Virus record (IMG/VR): IMGVR_UViG_3300008117_000025
Coordinates: 32,001 to 96,000 of that record
Origin: a virus
Length of the DNA stretch: 64,000 nucleotides
Reading direction: 5' to 3' (one strand)
The first letter of the stretch is position 1. The number at the start of each line of letters is the position of its first letter. Shown piece by piece: positions 56,992-64,000 of this stretch. The translations under genes and the position numbers were made by a program. The notes below the pieces were generated by a model. The model was not told the origin of the DNA, ran no database searches, and worked only from the letters and a program-made list of their open reading frames with translations.

Positions 56992-57023
56992 TAAATATAT
57001 AATAAGATTATGAGACAACCAAA
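56992..57023 (-). promoter_or_regulatory. TTTG-N20-TATATTTA promoter, also containing ATATTTAT
   Basis: Both motif classes coincide about 22 nt upstream of the ATG at 56969. Confidence 0.55.
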
Positions 57024-59104
57024 ATTTTCTCTAAGGTTTTTATTACTCTATCTGAAGATATTTCTTTAGAACATTCAAATTGGTGTTGTGTTCCTTTATG
57101 TACGGGGCACCAATTCCAATCACCTGCATCTAGCCTATGTGAGTTGAAACAACCCCTACATTTACCTAAAGGTGCATCAATGTGGTAACAACTAGTAGGT
57201 TCAGTATATTCTTCAGTAAAGCCAGATACTATTATTGTAGGTGTATCTGTAGCCCATGATAGCCAACTTAATCCACTGCTAATTCCTATAAATGCTTCAG
57301 ATTCATTAAGTACTTTTACAGTTGATTCCATATCAAATGAGTCAGGATACTTAATTCCAGTTGGGTTTTTATTTCCCATATATCCGTTTTCTTCTCTAGA
57401 TAACATTACTACTTCATATCCTTGATCTTTACACCAATCAACTACTTCTTGCCACCCTGTTGGATTATTCCAATATTTAGCTTGTGCTGTACTGTGAACA
57501 GCAATAGCAATTTGTTTTTTCTTTGCAACTAATGGCTTTTTTAATTTTGGTTTTACTTCTATAAAATCTAATCCTAGAATATCAGATGCTGTTTTCTGAA
57601 GGTTTTGTTGTTTAATGTCAAAAGGATTTTTATTAAAGTCAACATTATCATCACTATTGTAAAACCACCCTATAACATACATTGCGTATAAATTGTAAAC
57701 TGTATCTCCCGGTTTAACAAATTCAATTTCTGGGTATTGTGATTGGAAGAAATAATTATGAAATGTAGAGCAAATAACTTTACATTTGTGTTTTTTTCTA
57801 AATTCTTCAACATATGGAAACCAAGCTAAAGTATCACCCAATGATTTAGAATCTAAAGCAATATATACTCTTTTATCTTTAAGATCTAAATCATGTTGAT
57901 ATAATAAATTACCATTCTCATCTTCAATCTTTATTCTCCAATCTATATAATATTGTTTACTTGTTCTAACCCAACAATTACTTTCTATTTCTTGAGAATA
58001 TTCTACTGTGTTTGTTTTTTTATTAATAAAGCTTACTTTATGTTTTTTATAAGGTGAGTCTAACACTTCAGCAAAAGGACCATTAATAAAATTAATATTA
58101 AATTTAGGAATGTTTACTTTTGAAGGTATTCCTAGTTTTTTTGTTGATTTATAAATAGATATTAATTGATCTTTCATATTTATTTTATTGTCTTCATATT
58201 TTTTTAATAAATCTTTTGTTCTATTTTTCCAAGATAAATCTAATGCCTGTTGTCTTGCCCTAGATGAATATAATGTATGTGAATTAAATTTAATTTTATT
58301 AAAAGCATCAACAATTTCATCTACATCTCGATTTACAGCTATCATTCCCTTTAGTAAGTTATTATCCTCAAAAGTTCCAATAACAGGTAAGCCAGAAGCT
58401 AACGCTTCTAATAATGTTAAATTAGGATGTCCAGCCTCTAATATAGAAGCATGGATAAATACACTATGTTCTTTGTATATATTTTTTAATTGTTCTTCAT
58501 TAAGATCATATAAAATAGTTAATTTATCATAATCTGAAGGGAAGGTATCAAAATAGTTTTTATTATTACTTGGTCCGGCTATTGTAATAGGTAAATCTAG
58601 TTGTTTTGCTGCTTCAATAGCATATCCAAATCCTTTTCTGTCTTCGGCTTGATTATGAATAAATCCATTATTTGCTACACATAATAATTTGTGTTCTTTA
58701 AATTCTCCCGGAGTAAAATAGTCTGTATTTACTCCATGTGAAAAATATTCAGGTATTCCTTCAAAGTAATCAACTAAAAATTTAGCAGGCACAAAGGCTT
58801 TTTTAGCATTCTTGATTGCTTGTAAATTTTCTTTATAGGCAGTAGAATCTTTTCCATATAAAAAGGCATGATGGTCATGCATAGTAAAATAATATGGTAT
58901 TCCACGTTCATGTGCTAAATTAGCTAAATTAGCAACATGAATATGTACTACATCATAATCTTTTACATCATCTAAATATAATATTTGTGAATCATGTCCT
59001 AATTCTAATAGGGCATTGTGTGTCTCCCATATAATTTTTTCTACGGCTCCCCATCCATTTGGGGGAATAGGAATTAAACCAGGCGTAACATTAATTATTT
59101 TCAT
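57008..59104 (-). CDS. fusion of a GT4 glycosyltransferase and a TibC/AAH-like (BAHT) protein O-heptosyltransferase
   Basis: N-half: GWGAVEKII...EAGHPNLTLLEALASGLP (GT4). C-half: SKSLGDTLAWFPYVEEF (catalytic Asp motif of TibC/AAH), STAQAKYW, FIGISSGLSWLSW and CRGC...CP...FEC (four Fe-binding Cys). Confidence 0.85.
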   Translation of the reverse strand: MKIINVTPGLIPIPPNGWGAVEKIIWETHNALLELGHDSQILYLDDVKDYDVVHIHVANLANLAHERGIPYYFTMHDHHAFLYGKDSTAYKENLQAIKNAKKAFVPAKFLVDYFEGIPEYFSHGVNTDYFTPGEFKEHKLLCVANNGFIHNQAEDRKGFGYAIEAAKQLDLPITIAGPSNNKNYFDTFPSDYDKLTILYDLNEEQLKNIYKEHSVFIHASILEAGHPNLTLLEALASGLPVIGTFEDNNLLKGMIAVNRDVDEIVDAFNKIKFNSHTLYSSRARQQALDLSWKNRTKDLLKKYEDNKINMKDQLISIYKSTKKLGIPSKVNIPKFNINFINGPFAEVLDSPYKKHKVSFINKKTNTVEYSQEIESNCWVRTSKQYYIDWRIKIEDENGNLLYQHDLDLKDKRVYIALDSKSLGDTLAWFPYVEEFRKKHKCKVICSTFHNYFFQSQYPEIEFVKPGDTVYNLYAMYVIGWFYNSDDNVDFNKNPFDIKQQNLQKTASDILGLDFIEVKPKLKKPLVAKKKQIAIAVHSTAQAKYWNNPTGWQEVVDWCKDQGYEVVMLSREENGYMGNKNPTGIKYPDSFDMESTVKVLNESEAFIGISSGLSWLSWATDTPTIIVSGFTEEYTEPTSCYHIDAPLGKCRGCFNSHRLDAGDWNWCPVHKGTQHQFECSKEISSDRVIKTLEKILVVS

Positions 59105-60201
59105 TTTATTATATTAATAATTGATTGATAAGCTGCAAAATAATAACATTGATAATATTGAGGTATTCTAGATAATAATATATTAGTATATGGATTTTCG
59201 GCTTGGTTCCAAATTACAAGTTGGCATTTTTTTATGTTGTATTGCCTATCAGTATTTAAAAAATAATCTAGATCAGATTCATCTCTTAATACACAAACTA
59301 ATGCATCCTCATCTCCATCTATTTTATTTATATTTAATTCATGATCAAAAAATAATTCTTTAAGTAATGAATATTTTTTAAAATCTAATTGTCTATCTAA
59401 GTAAACTATTTTTTGTTGAGTATTTACATTATTTAAATGATGATCCATTAAACATAAAGATTCTTTATGAATAGGTTCAAAATATCTATTAAATGTATCT
59501 ATATCTTTATTAATACGCCTATTATTAACTTTTTTTATTAATTCACTACCTTCATCTACAGATTCATTTGCATAGAAGGTATGAGATATAGAATTTTCTC
59601 TATAGTTATAATAATATAAGTTTCTAGGGAGATGAAGTATTTTACCTTGTTCCTCTAAAGTACACAATATAGCTAAATCATTATAATAATATTTCATCCA
59701 ACCATTTGGATTAAAATCATAATCTATATTTGGGTTATTTCTCCATGCTCTTAAATAAGTTAAATAACCACAAGTCATATTTTTTTGGTCTGTAAAATCG
59801 GGATTGTGAAAATTCATCCAGTTTCCATCTTCTCTAAATGCGTTTCCAGCACCAGCAATTGCTATTGTATCTGGAAATTTGGTGAAGAAGTGATGGTATA
59901 CTTCTAATGCTTTAGGTAGAGGATAATCATCTTGATCTGCTTGTATTATTATTTCTGCTTCTTTGCAAAAATTTTGTGGGTTATAAAACATTTCTTTTTT
60001 GAAAGATTGTTCTACATACTTTACCTTTCTATCCCTACTAGAAATATATGATAAAATTTCTTTAGCATCTTCCGCATCAGATGAAAAATCGTCAGTAACT
60101 ATCCATTCCCAATTTGTATATGTTTGGGATTTTATTTTCTCATATAGTCTAGAAATAAAATGAGAACCATTATAAAAACTAGTAATTATAGTAAATTTCA
60201 T
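59101..60201 (-). CDS. GT2-family (GT-A) glycosyltransferase
   Basis: FTIITSFYN, WEWIVTDDFSSD, QADQDD (DxD) and NDLAIL...YYYNYRENSIS. Confidence 0.85.
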   Translation of the reverse strand: MKFTIITSFYNGSHFISRLYEKIKSQTYTNWEWIVTDDFSSDAEDAKEILSYISSRDRKVKYVEQSFKKEMFYNPQNFCKEAEIIIQADQDDYPLPKALEVYHHFFTKFPDTIAIAGAGNAFREDGNWMNFHNPDFTDQKNMTCGYLTYLRAWRNNPNIDYDFNPNGWMKYYYNDLAILCTLEEQGKILHLPRNLYYYNYRENSISHTFYANESVDEGSELIKKVNNRRINKDIDTFNRYFEPIHKESLCLMDHHLNNVNTQQKIVYLDRQLDFKKYSLLKELFFDHELNINKIDGDEDALVCVLRDESDLDYFLNTDRQYNIKKCQLVIWNQAENPYTNILLSRIPQYYQCYYFAAYQSIINIIK

Positions 60202-60202
60202 A

Positions 60203-61186
60203 TTATTTAAATTCTACAAAGCTATTGCTATTAATTATTTGATCTTTTGTATATGTTATAACAGTATTTCCTAATCTTATAGTAAGATGGTTATTTGATT
60301 GTAAATGAGAAGGGAGTGGATTGGATTCATATTGACTTAGTAAATTTATAGTATCAATAAATTCATCATTTATATATAAATCTGCATATTGATTTTCATG
60401 AACAATATCAATACTATTCATATAAAAATAAGCAAAATCTGATGTGTTTTTTATTTTTAATAATTTAATATCAAGCTGATTGTTATCATCTTTAAGTCTG
60501 TTAATGTTTATTTTACTATTGGTAAAATAGTCATAGACTTGAGTTCCTTGTATTAATAGAGCATTATCTAAATAATTGTTTTGTTTTAAATTACAATAAA
60601 AGAAATTCTCTAATACTCCAAAACTTCCGATTTGACCACATAAATTTTGATAATCACCTACTGTTTTACATATAGGAAAAACCTTATTGAAAAAATCTAC
60701 TTTAGTGTAGAAAAATATTGTTTGTATACAATTATCAATTAAAAAGAAAAATGCTTCTTTATTGTTTTTTATTGTTTCTAATTTGGTATTTTTTAGTTGT
60801 TCTATGTCTTCTTTAGAAAATATAGAATCCCCTTCTACATAATAAAATCCATCATAATAATCTTTAATAAACGAAACTGCGCTCATCATAGATTTATATA
60901 TAGCGTATGAGTGATGATTATGGCCATTTTCACCATAATGATATTCTAAATAAAATTTAGGAGTATGAACGTAAAAATAAACATTTTCATTTATAAAAAA
61001 CTCATTTCTAATATCGTAAATATAATAATTTACTAATGATTGTATTTCTATATCTGCAGGATAATGAGTTACAAGTAATATATCAAAATGTTGATTTAAA
61101 CTTAATATTGTATCTTTTAATATTTGTTTTCTACTATCAGTAGAAGGATATCCACCTATAACAACAAGATCTCTATTATTTGACAT
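60203..61186 (-). CDS. uncharacterised protein, possibly GT-A-like; paralog of 61190..62269
   Basis: 327 aa. LVVIG...ILLVTH, YIYDIRN, YVEGDSIF and LENFFY resemble GT-A elements. Confidence 0.5.
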   Translation of the reverse strand: MSNNRDLVVIGGYPSTDSRKQILKDTILSLNQHFDILLVTHYPADIEIQSLVNYYIYDIRNEFFINENVYFYVHTPKFYLEYHYGENGHNHHSYAIYKSMMSAVSFIKDYYDGFYYVEGDSIFSKEDIEQLKNTKLETIKNNKEAFFFLIDNCIQTIFFYTKVDFFNKVFPICKTVGDYQNLCGQIGSFGVLENFFYCNLKQNNYLDNALLIQGTQVYDYFTNSKININRLKDDNNQLDIKLLKIKNTSDFAYFYMNSIDIVHENQYADLYINDEFIDTINLLSQYESNPLPSHLQSNNHLTIRLGNTVITYTKDQIINSNSFVEFK

Positions 61187-61189
61187 AAT

Positions 61190-62269
61190 TTAATTTAAAA
61201 CAAGTATGTTATTTATTAAATGTATATTATCTTTATTAATAATTACAGATCTAGTTTGATGATCATTCATAGTAATTTGTACTTCTACATTTTCTTCTGT
61301 TAAATCAAACGTTTCTACATAATTATCATTACTACTATATAAGTTATGTTCTATAATTTGTGGTTCTTGATTATTTCTTAGTATTTTAACAATAGATTTA
61401 TTATTATTTTCTGAACTACAATTCCATGTTATTATAGCAAATTTAGTATTGTCTGTAGGGGTATATTGTGGATCAACTCCTTCAACCGTATATCCTACTC
61501 TATGAATAGATGATATAAATCCATCTATTATCAGATCAGATTCTGAGGGGGATATAAGGGTATTCCAGGAAGAATCAGGGAAATCATCAAATATTATATT
61601 TGCTTGTTTATTTACTACATTATCAAACCCTCCTTCTGAGGATCTAACTATATTAAGAACAAACTCTTCAGCAATCATGAAATTTTCATCACTATTGAAA
61701 TTTCGTTTTGCTATAATATAATCATCTTCATTGTTTATTTTGGGGAAAATTTCAGTAAAATAATCTAAAGCAAAATACCAGAATTGGAAACAAATATATT
61801 TGTTTTGGTTTATATAGATGTATCCCTTTTTATTTTGTTCTTGGGTTTCAGCTATAATATTTTTAACATTTTCTATACTAGGAACTGTACAGTCATATTC
61901 TATTCTAAAAAAATGGGTATAACCTAAAGATAAGGCTAAATTAGTAGAATGATATAAATTAGACAAAACAGACAAACCATGTTTTTGAAATGCTTTAATT
62001 GCTATTGAAAAATATTTGTGGTTATCTCTATACCACATAGCAATAGTTTCTACATCTGAATAGTCTTTTTTAAATAGTCTGTTATTGTGATCGTATAGAA
62101 GATAATCTACTTCATCAATTAATGCTTGTTCAAATTTACTGTTTGTCACCAACATTATGGGGAGACCAGTTTTTTTAATAGAAGATAAATAATTTTTAAA
62201 AGTTCTTACACAATTGTCATTGTGAAAAAAAGCATCTACTATTATAATAGGTTTTATTTCTGGAGGCAT
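61190..62269 (-). CDS. uncharacterised protein, possibly GT-A-like; paralog of 60203..61186
   Basis: 359 aa. IIIVDA...IMLVTN, YLLYDHNN, RIEYDCT and AEEFV. Confidence 0.5.
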   Translation of the reverse strand: MPPEIKPIIIVDAFFHNDNCVRTFKNYLSSIKKTGLPIMLVTNSKFEQALIDEVDYLLYDHNNRLFKKDYSDVETIAMWYRDNHKYFSIAIKAFQKHGLSVLSNLYHSTNLALSLGYTHFFRIEYDCTVPSIENVKNIIAETQEQNKKGYIYINQNKYICFQFWYFALDYFTEIFPKINNEDDYIIAKRNFNSDENFMIAEEFVLNIVRSSEGGFDNVVNKQANIIFDDFPDSSWNTLISPSESDLIIDGFISSIHRVGYTVEGVDPQYTPTDNTKFAIITWNCSSENNNKSIVKILRNNQEPQIIEHNLYSSNDNYVETFDLTEENVEVQITMNDHQTRSVIINKDNIHLINNILVLN

Positions 62270-62273
62270 AGTG

Positions 62274-64000
62274 TTAGTTTATTCTTTTTAGGTATCCGTC
62301 TGGGTTGAAAGTAGAATTGGTTCCAAAATAATCACACCAATGTCTGTCTATAACAAAATCAGAATTTGTTTGCAAAAATTCATTAATAGCTTTACGAGGC
62401 CCTCCATTGTAAGTATCAGAAAGACCAGTAAAATCAATCACTCCATCTTCAACAATAAAGTAAGAATCTTTAGATACAATTTTACTAAATTTATTTAGGG
62501 ATTTTAATACATCTTCATAAGTGTGAGATCCATCATCTATAACTAGTATTTTTTCAAACCCTTTAGTATTTTTTTCTATATCATATTCTTCAAAACCACC
62601 ATAGAAAAACTTAATTTGACTATGATTAAATACTTTTTGATCGTGTATTTCATTATAGAGATTAATTGTATGAACTTCTCCTTTTCCTAATAAATACAAC
62701 AAATCAGCATAATATAAAGCTCCCCCACCCATATAGGTTCCGATTTCTATGATTAGGTCTGGTTTAATAGACATAATTAGCATTTGGTAGAGAGCATAAT
62801 CCATAGGGCATTTTAAATAGGGAACCTCCTTATATTGTACTGCAAAATGTCCACTATATATGTCTTGTAAATTTATATTAGATTCATGTACTAGGAAATT
62901 TTTATTCACATCTGGGTAAGCAGAGGTTATTACTTGGCTTTGCTTTGTAGTTACTTCTACTTTCCAGTCATGGCTTCTTTCTCCATAGGCACCATTGGGG
63001 GTAATTCTATAAACTCCTCCTACCCATTTATCATTTCTTCCTTTTCCTTTTTCTAAAAGTATAGTATTTAATGCCCAGTAAGCATCAAAAACATCTTCAT
63101 GGAAAAACCAATCAGGGAATTCCATGTCTTTAATAAGATTATTTCTAAACATAAAACCAAAAGAAATATAATTGGCTTTCATGTTATCTCTTAAGATTAC
63201 CTCTCCTTTTATACCCCAATAATAACTACTCATGAAATTATCATCACCAGGATTTTTTATATAATATCCAACACTGTAAACAGAATATTCTTTATTATTC
63301 TTTAAAAAGTTTATCTGTTTTTGTAATTTACTTTTATCGACATAGTAATCATCACCATCTAGAATAGTAACATATTCAGAACTAATTTTCTTTAAAAGAT
63401 CATAGGTCCTACGAATGACAGCTCCTTGATTTTTTTCATTTCTGTGTAGGATTACATTTGGAATATCTTTATATTTTTGTATGATATTCCAAGTATTATC
63501 TGTAGAGCAATCATCAGATATTAAGATATTGAAGTTAAATAATGTTTGTTGCATTAAAACACTATCAATACATTGTTCAATATATTCTTCATGATTGTAT
63601 GTAGGAATAAGTACAGTTAGTAACTTTTCCTCAGGAGATTTTTTAGCAAAAATAGTTCCAATAGGAGAAGATTTATATGCTTCTTCTATAATACTGTTGT
63701 TGTTTTCAGTATTTTGATCCCTAATTTGATCAACATCAAATCCCTTTTTAACTAAGGTTTGAATTAATTTTTCTACTCTTTCACCTTCATTATCATGAAA
63801 TTCTATAAGAAGATTATCTATTTTTTCAAAAATTTCATCTTCAAGATTTTCTATAATATCATATTCAGCCCCTTCAATATCCATCTTTAATAATGATAAT
63901 CTTTCAATATTATTTTGATCAAAGAATGTTTTTAAAGACACAGCAGGTACAGTTATTTGTTTTACCTCACTACCATTATTTTTAATATGATCTTCAGATA
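62274..64000 (-). CDS. multidomain FkbM-type methyltransferase + GT2 + CmcI-like O-methyltransferase, 5' end beyond the window
   Basis: The frame is open to the window edge (SEDHIKNNGSEVKQITVPAV-SLK), so the GTG at 63941 is internal. LLKMDIEGAEY...IEFH (FkbM), VLIPTYNH...DDCSTD...LDGDDY (GT2), LKCPMD...IIEIGT..GG...IDDGSH...YFIVED (CmcI). Confidence 0.85.
   Translation of the reverse strand, partial: SEDHIKNNGSEVKQITVPAVSLKTFFDQNNIERLSLLKMDIEGAEYDIIENLEDEIFEKIDNLLIEFHDNEGERVEKLIQTLVKKGFDVDQIRDQNTENNNSIIEEAYKSSPIGTIFAKKSPEEKLLTVLIPTYNHEEYIEQCIDSVLMQQTLFNFNILISDDCSTDNTWNIIQKYKDIPNVILHRNEKNQGAVIRRTYDLLKKISSEYVTILDGDDYYVDKSKLQKQINFLKNNKEYSVYSVGYYIKNPGDDNFMSSYYWGIKGEVILRDNMKANYISFGFMFRNNLIKDMEFPDWFFHEDVFDAYWALNTILLEKGKGRNDKWVGGVYRITPNGAYGERSHDWKVEVTTKQSQVITSAYPDVNKNFLVHESNINLQDIYSGHFAVQYKEVPYLKCPMDYALYQMLIMSIKPDLIIEIGTYMGGGALYYADLLYLLGKGEVHTINLYNEIHDQKVFNHSQIKFFYGGFEEYDIEKNTKGFEKILVIDDGSHTYEDVLKSLNKFSKIVSKDSYFIVEDGVIDFTGLSDTYNGGPRKAINEFLQTNSDFVIDRHWCDYFGTNSTFNPDGYLKRIN

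Larger units (their letters stand above)
2753..56998 (-). promoter_or_regulatory. dispersed ATATTTAT upstream motif, candidate phage-specific promoter
   Basis: Copies (plus-strand ATAAATAT) at 2753, 8495, 28100, 36825, 41967, 49942, 52489, 53528, 54110, 55888 and 56991. Most lie 16-26 nt upstream of a start codon. Confidence 0.7.

Noticed and set aside
63939-63941. GTG start for the last ORF
   Set aside because: The frame stays open to the window edge and begins mid-FkbM domain, so the true start is outside the window.
1-64000. Stop-codon reassignment (alternative genetic code)
   Set aside because: Conserved enzymes translate full length under code 11. The two broken genes involve frame changes, not in-frame stops.

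Overview
This is a 64-kb segment of a large, AT-rich, contractile-tailed (myovirus-type) bacteriophage genome. Essentially every real gene is on the minus strand. In transcription order (right to left) it carries: (i) a glycosylation/methylation cluster including a GT4 fused to a TibC/AAH-type protein O-heptosyltransferase; (ii) tail sheath, tube, a gp26-like chaperone, tape measure and baseplate genes; (iii) T4-like replication/recombination genes (PolA-like, gp32-like SSB, RecA/UvsX, 5'-3' exonuclease, DnaB-like helicase, thioredoxin, class II RNR); (iv) a 7-deazaguanine cluster (queD, TGT/DpdA-like, queC, queE, folE, plus a phosphoribosyltransferase and dCTP deaminase/dUTPase); (v) three very large Gly-X-Y fibre genes whose X/Y positions are almost all Ser/Thr (GSS/GTS), one ending in an S74 chaperone domain; (vi) PolB, sliding clamp, Hsp20, GroES, GroEL, clamp loader, a PD-(D/E)xK nuclease and two more GT4 enzymes. 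Promoter-like TTTG-N19-20-TATATTTA elements and the lack of Shine-Dalgarno motifs suggest a Bacteroidota host (inference). The most notable items not visible in the ORF track are: a probable +1 programmed frameshift (UUU UUU U GG) joining the gp26-like gene to a start-less gp51-like ORF just upstream of the tape measure; a 679-codon ORF with no ATG/GTG/TTG whose N-terminus lies in another frame; and a 20/21-nt inverted repeat enclosing hsp20 that would pair the two ends of its mRNA. The leading system-level hypothesis is a phage-encoded O-glycosylation system decorating Ser/Thr collagen-like virion fibres. All functional calls come from motif recognition by eye; no database searches were run.
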